Shown: piece by piece, positions 38,776 to 50,665 of the stretch
Layout: every line of letters starts with the position of its first letter
How positions within the stretch are numbered: position 1 is the stretch's first letter
NCBI GenBank assembly: GCA_043228905.1
Contig: JBHGNT010000004.1
Span: forward strand, 22,072,001 to 22,136,000
Direction of reading: 5' to 3'
Origin: Azolla caroliniana
Taxonomy: Eukaryota; Plantae; Polypodiophyta
DNA length: 64,000 nt
Program-made: the position numbers and the translations under genes
Notes under the pieces: generated by a model
The model's database searches: none
Told to the model about the DNA's origin: nothing
What the model saw: only the letters and a program-made list of their open reading frames with translations

Positions 38776-41700
38776 GTGTCAGGCGTTCTGGTCTGGCTGC
38801 CTGAGTTTTTTCCCGCCGCCGGCTTCGGAGAAATCATAGCCGTCCGATCAATACATACATGAATTGGACGGATCGGATCGACCGGCCCGTCCATCCATTA
38901 GACATATGTTGTTGAGAATGCATTTGTTAGCCCAAACATTCGTATGTTATTGAAACATTCTTGTGGGTTTAAAAAATAAATAAATACACTTTTTACCTTA
39001 ACTTTCTTACCCATAAAAAAAACAATTTAGCATACTTCGAGGGTGTTTTTCATACTCGAATGATAAAAGAATGTTGGCGAATGATAAGATTGGTACGTAT
39101 GCTTCATACTATGGTAACTTGAGATCATCACGGGTGGCCACCCTGAATTCTCTCGTGCCATTGCCACGCCCGAAACCCTGCCCAAATGTTGTTTGGCTCG
39201 AGTTTTGGCCACCTACTATGTCTCTGACTCATGCGAAAATGTGTCCCGACTCGGCTTGACTTGGAACACACCATGGCTCTCGCTCCTGTGATTTTCTATA
39301 CATACAAATTACAATACAAACATGCAACTGGTCGCAATATATATATAGCACACACGCCCGAGTCAGTTCTTCTGATACCCCCACATGATAGAACTTGCGC
39401 ACACTTGAGCATTGTCGGCTCTTATATCGAATTATCGGTCCGGAAAACGCACATGGGTTAGACATCGGAAACAGAGAATGTGCAACCATTCTACTCATTG
39501 CTTCGATTTGTGGAAATTTGGTCCCAACTATGGAAAGATGTCAACCTTCCGGTACATACTTTTCAAATGTATTGTGATGTTGTCCGATTTAACTTCCTAC
39601 ATGGAGTTGTTTAATGGATGCTTGGACCTTCCTTGCCAGACAACTCCTCAATTATACTCCATGAAGTTGGGTTAATGAGCCATATTGTGGTTATGCTTTC
39701 AAACTATATAATTTTTCATTCCTCCATGAGTATCCGCCCAACTTCTATTGTTCTTCAGTCCCCCTTTGTCTACTTGCATTTGCTCTATGTTAAAGTGTTA
39801 CTTCCTCCTATTGAGACTTAGAAAGGTCATGCTACCAACTTCTTGTTGTTGCCATTGCTTTATAGTTGTTAATTCGGAGGACTTTTAAGTCTACTATTTG
39901 TAATATTTAAAAAGTGAGGTTGCTTTTGTTTTTATTGTTTTCATATTTTCTCTCATTTGAACTACTAGATTGACTCACAATTTGAGTGTCGAGACACCCC
40001 CATACATTCTCTTTCACAATGTCTCTCGTTCGTGTCTTGCCATGTAGGCATTGGCAGGTTTCATGTGTTTGATGATGCTCGGGCATGCTTGAGGCCTCCA
40101 TTCAAGTGTTTTAATCAAACCAAAATTGAAATAATCAATGAGCTTGCAAAGTTTACATGCTTTTCGTAGCATCAAGGTTGCTGATTCAAGTCACCAACAA
40201 AGGTTGCTTTTAATTGTTTTAATTTGAGTAAGCTTTTGATGGTTTTAGTGTGACATCTTGTAACATTAAGGTTGTGGGCTTCACACTCTAGAAATGGCGT
40301 TGATGTTGTGTTTTAGTTTCATGATCATATATTGGATGGCTTTGATGTTGCATTCAATTTAGTTTGAGAAAACGTACACTATCAATCCGATCATAGATAA
40401 ATGTAGTGAAATACTAATTATTTGAGGTTGAGACCATGCACATAAACCCTTTATATTGCTACTTTAGATTCTTCTTACTTTTAGTAGAAGCATGGCAAAA
40501 AAACTAGCGATCATCAAATGTGTATATTATATTTATATGTACATGAAACTATTATATTGAGATAAGAAATCATAGTTTCGAGATATGGCATTGATTAAAA
40601 CAAGGTTTAAAAATAATTGTACAAACTATTTTGTAAATCATATGATATTAGCATTCCAAAAATTTCAGTATAAAGTGTTAGGGACAAGATTTGCCAACAA
40701 TCTTATGGAAGTAGCCTATACATAGTGAAAGGTTTGATAGCTTTTTCCTCTTTATTGGCATTGTTGAAGCACAAGTAGAGTAATGAGCAAGCAATGCCAA
40801 AACATAACATGAACAAATTGATCCTAAATCTATTGGAATGAAGAGAACTTCTATTGTCATTAGTTGAATGATGACTTTCAATAGAAAACAAAGGAAATGA
40901 TGGAAGGCCAAGTTTAGGGACAAGGTAAGCAATATAGCCGGTGGTTATCGAGATAAAATGTGTTCGGCTATGATCACTATGATTTGGAAATTCTTTGAAC
41001 CAGTTAATATTAAGATTACACATTTGTAATCTTGTGAAGGGTCCTTTGACTGGGTTGGAAATTGGATTTATAAGACTAGAAAAGAGAGGAGCACATTTTG
41101 TGTTTGTATTTGATGCCATGCAAAGAGTGAGGTTTGTTCCATCATCGCAAGTGTTATCATCATCAATGTTTGTTGGCTCTATCATGTTGTCATTGGAATT
41201 GATTAATTGATCACTTTCACCATTTCCATTAAGTTTGTTGTTTGGACACATACCTAATGTTAGTGGGCTTAATTGACTACAATCATCATCATTATTTTTA
41301 GTATTCATTATATCAAGGATGTAATTATGAATGCTTGTCTTTTTTATGCAATGTGCTCTATGAATGAAGAATCACCGTTATCTCGTATTGTCGTACATTG
41401 TCAAGTTCGTAATGCTTCGATGGACCTGAGAAAGTAGAAACATATACGAAAGTGAGTGAATGCATGATGATATCCATGAAAATGTTCATAAATTGACACT
41501 TTATTTGCTTTATCAACATTAGTTGTACGGTGAGTAGAATGATTTGAATTAAGATTCGGACATTGTGGGATCAAACCTATTAGTGATATGGAAATAATAT
41601 GTGGGATCACCCTGATCATACCTCAATTAACACCCAAATTGTGACATCCGACTTGACATACTTCATAAAGATCAAGAAATAAGTTAAGATGATAAAATTT

Positions 41701-42130
41701 CCATGGGATTCCTTCTATACATAGAATTGGAAACCATGATAAACTAATGCAAACATGATTGATTCATGAGACATTGGATTCAAAAAAGTTGTGATTCGCT
41801 TGATGAGTGACTAAATATTGTGCATTGAGAGACACGTATCAAGGTGATTGGATGAAGATGAATGTCGTGATTCTATGCAATAGCGAGACAACCCTAGTCT
41901 ACGATTGGGGTGCAATGAATTTGTAGGAGTGAGTACCGAGTAGCGTTAAGGCCACTTTGCGAAGGCATGGTTAAGACAAGCAATATATGGTGTGGGATGG
42001 ATGAGTTTCAAGGTCCCCTAGTGCATAAAAGGTAGAGTGAAGGAACCAACCGTTGGTAGTTGGAAGCAAGAAGGAAGGGTTAACAAGAGTCTCCCCTAAG
42101 GTTCAATCACCATGGAATAGATAGGGTCAT

Positions 42131-42174
<44 letters not shown>

Positions 42175-43699
42175 AATCTCCACGCCTGTGCATTAACTTC
42201 ATCATCTTCTTTCATCTTTCTTTCTTTGCCACCTTTCTTTAGACGTACCCTTTCACGCCTTTAAACCATGCCAAATTATAAAACACATACACACCCACCA
42301 CCCACATGTGTATATATATATATATATACATATATACATGTTAGCAAATTCAGCACCCACCTTGCGTACCCTTACAAACAAAAATATATAAGTTTACATG
42401 ATTCACACCACTACCCCTATGCACCCTATTGCTTTTATTATTATTACGAGAATACCCTTGTACTATTGTGGAGATGGTATTCTGGTTTGGTTTTGGGGCA
42501 ATGTCGCATCCCGCTACTTTTTCAAAAACTTAGATGTATTTTGCTGCGTTTTTTGTTTAAATCTTGTGGGTATTTCGGGGTCATTTTCTGACAATTCACA
42601 CTAATTTTTTTATGTTTTCCGTCCTTTTTTAAGGATACTAGTCCCATTGTTGTATGATCCAACCAATGACTTGAGCAATGATATTGTTTGTTGTTCAAAT
42701 TAAAATTAACCTTCTTGCAATTTGTATCCCATATTGTGAAAGCACATTTAAGTATCATCGTTAACCTACATTTTAGTATCGTTGTATCTCACATTGTACA
42801 AATTCTAAATCTATTTGCCATATTGTTGTGTTTATCAACAAATGACTTCATGGTAAGCTCCCCCACCAGATTGATCTCTCTCCACATGCTATTGGCTTCT
42901 AGATTATGATAGTACATCATTATCATTATCATTATTGTCTTGTTCGCTTTGGACGTTGGCTTTGGTAGAATAAATTGTTATATAAAGATTAAAAATCGAG
43001 AGATTTTGAAATTCAAATCTTGAAATGGGCTTGGCCTGTCCCATAGGCTGTATTTTGGACACCTGTGAGTGCTAAAAAAGGTCTCTTTATCCCTACATGT
43101 TTAATTCATAGAACCCATTTTGACCAACAAAAAACATCTAGATGAAAGAAGCAATATATCTTCATCAAGTAAACAAGAGAACTTACACAACTCATAATAA
43201 TTAGGAGGAAACACGTTCAAAATTAAAGACATGAACCTATCTATGAGAGGCCTTTGCATGATGGAGAAGTGTATGAATATAGTTATCATACTAGTATTCT
43301 AACATGGGGTCTACAACATGTTGTACAAATTCAAGCATGAAGAAACATATAACAATAAAGAAAGATGAAGTCATTTCATCAATACATATAAAATACAGAA
43401 AAAAACTCCCAATAAGTATGCCACTTTTTATTTCCCTGCATCATCACAAGCTTTCATTCTTTGTGCAATCTCTTGGTAAACTATGCTGTTTTAACCTTTA
43501 TGTGGATGAAAACCCACAAAAAAATATTAAATATATATGTTTTTGTAGGTCTATACTATTCATTCTTGTACCATGGTATATGTGTGAGTTGTCTAATACT
43601 AGAAATATGTTAGGGTCAAATATATAATACATTGTACCTACAACACGAGTATGGATGATTAAGACATGCATGAATTTGCTGCTATTTTTTACGGAAGGG

Positions 43700-46525
43700 T
43701 CAAGGGTTTGGATCAAAGGAAGGTTCCTTTTTAAAATGCATGTTTGTTTCTTCAACTAGTACATTCATTTCAAATTTGTTTGACAAATGGGAATTTACGA
43801 GTGAATCAAAATCCACACTAATATGAATCCCATTAACTACATTCATTCTATCAAAAGAATGTTCCTGAAAAGAGCTCCAATGCCATGTGTCATAGCTCTC
43901 ACATGAAGTATTGTCGGCACATAGTTTTGATTTGAGATTTTGATCCAATCTAACCACCTCATGGAAGCATTGCTTTGCTATCTCCATGTTGCTATAAAGC
44001 ATGCATGCATTTAGCAAAGCTACCCAGCACGAAAAGTCTGATGGCATTGGGGCACTACACAAAACACATTTTGCCTCTCCTAGCCATCCGACTCGGCCAA
44101 GAAGATCAATCATACAAGTATAATGCTCAATGCTTGGTATGATCCCATACTCATCTATCATGGAAGTGAAGTAAATGCAACCCTCATCAACTCGCCCTAC
44201 ATGACTACATGCATTGAGAATGGCCATAAAAACTGCCCCGTTCGGCTTTACACCTTGTGCCCGCATTTCATTCAGTAATTGGTGTACTCTCCAGTTGTCT
44301 TCCCCAATGTGACTGGCATAAGCCATGAGAATTGCAACCCATGCAGCTTCGTTTTGAATCGAGAGTTGTGTAAAGACTTTATGTGCATCCTCCACATTTT
44401 CACATTTGGCATACATATCCACAAGTGAAGTTCCGATACCAGCATCCTCCTCTGATACAAGAAGACCACATTTAATGATGTCACTGTGTATAGTTTTGCC
44501 TCTATCCATGGCACCTATTTTACTGCATGCTTTTATCGCACTCAAGAATATCACGGGGTTGGGTTCAAATCCTCCAGTCTCTTCCATTTTCTCAAATAGT
44601 TGTAAGGCAGCAAAGTCATGGCCATGAATCACATAGCCTGTGATCATTGCACCCCATGACACAACACTAAGATCTGATATTTGGTCGAACACCTTGCGAG
44701 CTTCAGATAATGCCCCAAGCTTTGCGAATGTGTCAATGAGGCTGTTAGAAATGGAAATATCACCTTCTAATCCAGCCCTAACAATTTGATCATGAATAAG
44801 CTTCACTTGCCTTGCAGAGTCTAAGTTGCTGCAAGCTTTTAAAGCTGACAAAAAACTAACATTTCCAGGTAGCATACCAATACCCATTGTAGTGAATAGA
44901 TCCAATGCATTGGCACTCTGCCCATCAACATTGGCATATCCTCCTATCATTATAGCCCATGATATGGAATCATGATTTGTTTGTACGTCAAAAACTCGGG
45001 ATGCCTCCTCTAAGCTATTGCATTTCATATACATGTCGAGAAGGGCATTTATAACCACAATATTCGAATCAAAGCCAGCTCTGATTATGCGTTCATGCAA
45101 TAGTCTCCCTTCGCTTATGGCTCTGGCAAATGCACAAGCCTTTAAAACGCATGAAAAAATGACAGCATCAGGTTCAATACCTGCCGCCTCCATCTCAACA
45201 AAAATATCAAAGACTTTGGAAGACAACCCACATTCTGCATTATAGGCCCTCATCATTGCACTCCATGATACAACATCTCTAGCTTGCAAAGCATGGAATA
45301 CCTCAAGAGCTTCAATCAAGCTTCCACACTTGGCATACATATCCAGAAGTGTGTTGCCTATTGCTGGCTCAGTTTCAAGTTCATTTCTAATAATCTGATC
45401 ATGTATGGATTGAACCTCGACAATATTTATTCCTCCACTACCACCACATGCCTTCAAGACATTTAGCATTATCATTTTGTTTGGTTTCATTCCTTGCAAT
45501 TGCATCTCTTTGAAACGAAGAATCGCAACATGTGTATTGCCTTGGAGAGCATGGCCACCAATCAAAGCACCCCAAGAGACAATGTCCTTGTGCTGAAGAC
45601 TATTAAAGAGGTTTTCAGCATCCATGATGCTACCACATTTAGCATACATATCGATAAGGCAATTGGTTATTACAATTTCGACCGCGATCATGAATTCGAC
45701 AATCATCACATGCATTAACTTACCACGTACAATATCTTCTTTCTGTCCACAAGCTTTCAAGATGGAAAGAAATATAGCTTGATCAGGTGCTATGCCCACC
45801 TTATTCATCATGTGTTCAAATAACCAAAGTGCCTTTGAGACCCGCCCATGCTCGATGCATCCTGAAATCATGACCCCCCATGAAACCACATTTTTATTAC
45901 ATTGTTTCTTATCAAAGATACAACATGCTTCTTCAATACTCCCACATTTCATATACATATGCATAAGGGATGTTTCTATCCGAATATCAGTCTCAAGGCT
46001 TATGATTATGATGGCATGATGAAAAAGTCCTACATCTTCATATTTATGACATATCTTCAAAATGCATGAGAAAACATAACTATTTGCCAAATGTCCCTGT
46101 TCTTGCATAGAGCAAAATAGCTCAAGTGCAGTGGAGCTCTTACCCAATGAAACATGGGCAGAGATGATAGCCTGCCACGTGTATATACTAGGGTTTAGGA
46201 CTTGCCCGAATGCCTCGTTGGCGAATCGCAAGCTACCACAAAGTGTGAACATGCGGATGAGATGATCCATCAACTGAAGGGATGAAGAATCGAGATGAGA
46301 CTTAATGACAAGGAAGTGGATTCGCCGGCCACTTCTTAGGTCTTTCTTCTTAGATGAAGTTTGAAGAAGGCGAAGAAGCATCGATTTACGGAGGGTTGTA
46401 TCCCCGCTGTTGTCGCAATGGGTCTCCACAACATCAATGGCCTCCTCAAGTTTCCCCATTGCACACAAGCGGGTTAACCTTGTAAGAATACGTGGGGCTA
46501 TGGCTTTTCTCAGGCGGGCACTCAT
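43700..46525 (-). CDS. PLS-class PPR protein (941 aa) with basic N-terminal targeting peptide and atypical C-terminus
   Basis: Intronless ORF with diverged P-L-S triplets (LIDMYAKCGS, VVSWGAMI, FLSILKAC), P2L2S2 (ILNACSHVGRVDEG...EHYTCMIDLLGRVG) and E1 (WVALLNAC). No recognisable E2 or DYW. Confidence 0.95.
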   Translation of the reverse strand: MSARLRKAIAPRILTRLTRLCAMGKLEEAIDVVETHCDNSGDTTLRKSMLLRLLQTSSKKKDLRSGRRIHFLVIKSHLDSSSLQLMDHLIRMFTLCGSLRFANEAFGQVLNPSIYTWQAIISAHVSLGKSSTALELFCSMQEQGHLANSYVFSCILKICHKYEDVGLFHHAIIIISLETDIRIETSLMHMYMKCGSIEEACCIFDKKQCNKNVVSWGVMISGCIEHGRVSKALWLFEHMMNKVGIAPDQAIFLSILKACGQKEDIVRGKLMHVMIVEFMIAVEIVITNCLIDMYAKCGSIMDAENLFNSLQHKDIVSWGALIGGHALQGNTHVAILRFKEMQLQGMKPNKMIMLNVLKACGGSGGINIVEVQSIHDQIIRNELETEPAIGNTLLDMYAKCGSLIEALEVFHALQARDVVSWSAMMRAYNAECGLSSKVFDIFVEMEAAGIEPDAVIFSCVLKACAFARAISEGRLLHERIIRAGFDSNIVVINALLDMYMKCNSLEEASRVFDVQTNHDSISWAIMIGGYANVDGQSANALDLFTTMGIGMLPGNVSFLSALKACSNLDSARQVKLIHDQIVRAGLEGDISISNSLIDTFAKLGALSEARKVFDQISDLSVVSWGAMITGYVIHGHDFAALQLFEKMEETGGFEPNPVIFLSAIKACSKIGAMDRGKTIHSDIIKCGLLVSEEDAGIGTSLVDMYAKCENVEDAHKVFTQLSIQNEAAWVAILMAYASHIGEDNWRVHQLLNEMRAQGVKPNGAVFMAILNACSHVGRVDEGCIYFTSMIDEYGIIPSIEHYTCMIDLLGRVGWLGEAKCVLCSAPMPSDFSCWVALLNACMLYSNMEIAKQCFHEVVRLDQNLKSKLCADNTSCESYDTWHWSSFQEHSFDRMNVVNGIHISVDFDSLVNSHLSNKFEMNVLVEETNMHFKKEPSFDPNP

Positions 46526-46987
46526 TGGGTGCTCTTATGGGCAAGCATAGAGGAACTCATGATGATGAGTATATATCCACCGTATATCCGCGTATGTCTG
46601 TGTCTGTGTTTAGAAGTGCATTCTTTGATAAAATATACAGATGTGTGTGCGGGTGTAAGCGCCATGGATGGATTGTTAGGGCAAGAAACAGAGACATAGA
46701 TTTAAGAGGGAGAGACAGAGTTGCAGAGCGAGAAGTGGAGAACTCTCAGATTTGAGCTGGGAGAAGAAAGGGCCATCACTTTTCCATAATTACCATCAAT
46801 ACCCCTCCTGCCTCCTTTTGCCATTTCTCAAACCTTTACTCCATCCTTTCACTCACTCACTCACTCACTCACTCACTCATTCATTCACTCATTCATTCAT
46901 TCATTCGTGAAAGAAATGAGACAATTGGTTTACAACAAAATGGAGTGTGTGCACCCAATCATTGAAAATAAAAATTTGAGCACCTGA

Positions 46988-47064
46988 TATGACCTGCTGG
47001 ATTCGAACGAACGACCAAAGGATTTCAGTTCTACACTACAATCCTCCACTCTCTGCAAGGTCAC
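46988..47064 (-). pseudogene. tRNA-Tyr(GTA) pseudogene retaining its intron
   Basis: Minus strand TGACCTTGC-AGAGAGTGGAGGATTGTAG-[TGTAGAACTGAA]-ATCCTTTGGTCGTTCGTTCGAATCCAGCAGGTCATA aligns with plant intron-containing tRNA-Tyr (CCGACCTTAGCTCAGTTGGTAGAGCGGAGGACTGTAG...ATCCTTAGGTC.CTGGTTCGAATCCGG.AGGTCGGA). The D-arm/A-box is largely deleted and the stems carry mismatches. Confidence 0.8.
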
Positions 47065-47147
47065 ATATCATCATATTCGCCATTTGAATCAACATGGCAT
47101 TTGAATTTGGAGTTGTAGTATTTAGATCCCCAAAAGGGTTCACCATT

Positions 47148-47184
<37 letters not shown>

Positions 47185-47186
<2 letters not shown>

Positions 47187-47296
47187 TAGATGGATGTAGC
47201 TCAGTTGGTAAGGTTGCCCAATGGAAACCAGGTGGTCATGGGTTCAACCCCTACATTCCACAGTGGCATCTAGTGAATTAAGAGATATATAAGAAG
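47185..47296 (+). mobile_element. tRNA-derived SINE-like element
   Basis: A-box TAGCTCAGTTGG (47197) and B-box GGTTCAACCCC (47241) without a valid anticodon arm, followed by an A-rich tail. Abuts a (GA)n tract. Confidence 0.6.
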
Positions 47297-47309
47297 TATA
47301 TAATAGAGA

Positions 47310-47372
47310 GGTGAGGAAGTTGGGTTTCAAACCCAGCACGTAGTGCTAACAACTTACCACTAGGGTAAGGTA
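47310..47372 (-). mobile_element. Second tRNA/SINE-like head, opposite strand
   Basis: Minus strand CCTTACCCTAGTGGTAAGTTGTTAGCACTACGTGCTGGGTTTGAAACCCA has A-box-like and B-box-like motifs with a TGGG/CCCA T-stem. Confidence 0.45.
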
Positions 47373-48196
47373 ATTACAATAAGAGAGAGAGAGAGAGAGA
47401 GAGAGATTGTCACAGGAGGAATTAGGAACTAGTAGGTCGGTATGACATCATGTCCATCATTTATTTGTATTGGCCTTCATCGCATGGGACTGTATGTATA
47501 GGTTCATAACAATGGATGTATCTAGAGATGAGGGATGTTATGTGAACCTTGATTGATATTGTGGTGAACTGATAGGACATCACACTCCATCAATTGTGAT
47601 TTGACTTTTGTAAGTGGTACATAGCTATTTATGGAGATAGATATATAAAGAGTGAATCCTAGTTTGTAAGGTCGCTCAGCAACTACTAGGAGGTCAGTCT
47701 CTTAAGCCTCTCATTTTGTGGTGTTGATGGATAACAATGTTTTTGGTGTCTTCACATCAATAACCATGTGGATGCCACATCATTGGTCGTTGCTCACGAA
47801 TAAGATCCTCATATAAAAACGAAGAAGTTCTATATCTATTTGGAAAAAGTAGAAAAGGAGAAAACAAAAGAACAATTTATTAAAAAAAAGGAAAATAACA
47901 AACTTTAAAGGAAAGAATCAAATTCCTTCTATTGTTAACTTACTCAAAATTCTCATTGGTTCATTAATTGTGATACTAAATGTTCACAAACATTCCATCA
48001 AAACTTTGTACTCATAGTTCAAACCTATTCCAAGAGCAAGTGACGTTCAACTTGTTGGGATGTCACACCCTAGACATCAAGTCTCACAAAAATTGATGGA
48101 TAATTACCAATCCTTGTATTGTAATACTAGGTTTCAATCCCCTAGTAATGTCGAGTTAGATACATGTTGGACATATAAGGAAAATTGGCATGAAAC

Positions 48197-48490
48197 CATG
48201 GTATTAGAGCAAGTTGTGATGAAAAGAATTTTTTTCCATGTACTTTGTGTAGAGTTTACTAATGATTCTTGTTCTTAGAGAAGTCCATTAATGCATGTTA
48301 CAATTGATAGTGCACATTGTGATCGTGAAAGAAATATGTTTAAGGATTAGACTAGATTTCACAAGGTGTGTGTGGAAAGCAAACATGAATGTGGTTGAAA
48401 ATGGGGAATTGTATCAAAGTGTGATAATCAGACTTGCAAACTTGTTTAGAGCAAAATATGTTTGGTCAAAGAGTCTACTCACATGAGCCC
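48197..48490 (+). mobile_element. Highly decayed Copia remnant (PBS and gag start)
   Basis: CA|TGGTATTAGAGC (Met PBS, one mismatch) followed by a gag-like fragment ...YQSVIIRLANLFRAKYVW. Confidence 0.4.
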
Positions 48491-50028
48491 CAACTGCCCA
48501 TCTTGAGGAAGTATCATTGTAGATGGACGATAAATGGATTGCATCTAAGCATGTATCATGAGTACAATTTCTATGTTTAGAGAAGAGCATGGGTTTATAG
48601 TTCGGTGCAACATATGTGATGCAATGTAATGTGTGAAACATGAGCTACCACATATCCCCTATTATGATGCATTGAAATTACCAAAACACCTCATTCATGG
48701 AGGAATAATTGTGACATCATGATTCATGAAGAAAGAGTAATGCATCTCATCTTCCAAACCATTTCTTTGTATATAGTCTCCATTGAATACTAATAGGACA
48801 AAGGGAGACTCATTAAGTGTAGCTTCTTGACCTTAATAAGGGCCTAATTAAATGCCAACTGATCTATCTTTGAATGTGGGTTACCATCCGAGCTACATCT
48901 TACCAATGAGACTTAAAAAATATGGGTGTGACATGGTTCAACCACCCAATAAGCCTCCTTTCATGTTTGTCTGCTAATTAGCCACATCATTGGTATGTAG
49001 GAAACTCAAATGAGATTTCCAAGGTTTCCATGTCTATGCAAGACATCCTGTTTGCACCTTTCAATATATTCCAATAACTCCATCATGACAAACTTCATGT
49101 GTGTCAATTTGACATTGCCTTGTCTCACATCACCACACCCAATGCCCACCACTCCTAAATCTCAGCCATCTCAACCCTAACCCTCAACTTTGCCGCCCAT
49201 CACTTTCTATCCCCACTATTGACATCACATCTTCCTTCCATTGAAGTTGTAAAGAGACATAAAGAAAGCTAATGAATCAGCCCCTCAAGTGTTCTTCTTC
49301 TAACTCTCCCCTTCTATTCTAAGTTGGACTTATATTTTTTATAAGTTGGAGCTCCTTGATTAATGGGAAGCATGCTTGCCTTTTAATAATATGTTCCCCC
49401 TTCTATCATAAAGGAATAGTGCTAAGGGCTTTTATTGATCCTACTAATATTTTTTATGACCTCCATCTCCTTGATTAATGGAAGCATGTTTGTTTTTTAA
49501 TATGTGCCTTAGTTGATTTGTTTAGTTTTATTAAGCGCTTAGGCTAATTAACTAACGATTAAGTGAGTGTTGTGATATAATCGAGAGAGTTTCATCATGA
49601 GCTTTCGCTTATTGTGTCACTTATAAGAGGCTTCATGCATTGTGCAAATAATCATTGAGGACCATGGTACATATTGAATGGCATGTATGTGAAAACTCCT
49701 TGAAACATAGAGTTTTTCTTTATAATTAAAGTGGGTTTTTTACAAATTATGAGACAATTCCTTGTCCTTAGTGCAAAGTTTCTAATTCATAAGAGTAGGG
49801 ATGGATCCCCTTTTAGATAGGTATACACCTTAATTTTAGCAATCTATGATAACATAGTAATTGAAACTTTGGTGTTATGTTCATGTTGGAAGGAAGATTT
49901 CAAGCAAGTGAATACCATCGCATTAGAGAAGTATTTTAAGAGGCTTCGTCGACAAGTATATTCCCATTGGAGCCATTTCATGATTTGAACCTAGTAGTTA
50001 AGGTTCATGGAGAATCAAAGAGGCAATG

Positions 50029-50122
50029 CTTATGAGCATCATAGAGAATTACTCTTTACTTATGAACATCATAGAGAATTACTCTTTACTTATGAACATC
50101 GTAGAGAATTACTCTTTACTTA
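50029..50122 (+). repeat. 30-bp minisatellite, ~3 copies
   Basis: CATCATAGAGAATTACTCTTTACTTATGAA repeated three times almost perfectly. Confidence 0.9.
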
Positions 50123-50665
50123 GGTATTGGACGTTATAATGTTGAGAGAGAAGAAAAGTGATATCCTCCCAAATTGAAAAATAGAAACAAGTCCATGATA
50201 ATCTCAATCATTCCATTATCATGGATGTGTGGGGTAGATTAAAGTAACTTAATAAGACTTTATCACATAATGTTGCATTTGAAAGTGTATTTTTTAGCAC
50301 TTCTAGCATATTTTTGATGGTAAAATCCCTATCACTATTGTACACACTCTCAGGGATGATGAATAATGAACCAAATGAAATTGTTTCACATTTCATGTAT
50401 ATATCCATTGGTTAATTTATTTATTTGACCAACTTAGGGCTCGAGCCCCTAAGAAAAATTGGCGAGAACTTACAAAATATATATATGCCATATGTTCGAA
50501 TAAAATGTAGCCTCCACCCAACACTTTAACTATTAGAAGTACGACTATTGTTATTCAATTCAATATAAAGGGATAAGAGAGCTCGATTTTGGTGCTCTCA
50601 AGATTGACTATAACGGAACCCTTTGGTTGTTGAATATAGCAAAATTGAGAAGGAACTTATAATAA

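Larger units (their letters stand above)
46850..47406. repeat. Microsatellite cluster (CACT)n/(CATT)n and two (GA)n tracts
   Basis: Seen directly. Other SSRs: (CT)n ~8753-8786, (CT)n(CA)n ~26536-26588, (TA)n ~29671-29696, (CT)n ~38735-38768, (GA)n ~42133-42170, (CA)n ~62045-62126. Confidence 0.9.

Noticed and set aside
47185-47262. Functional tRNA gene
   Set aside because: A and B boxes are present but there is no proper anticodon stem-loop or poly-T terminator; better read as a SINE-like head.
50029-50122. 30-bp repeats as a CRISPR array
   Set aside because: Head-to-tail repeats with no unique spacers, no cas genes and a eukaryotic context.
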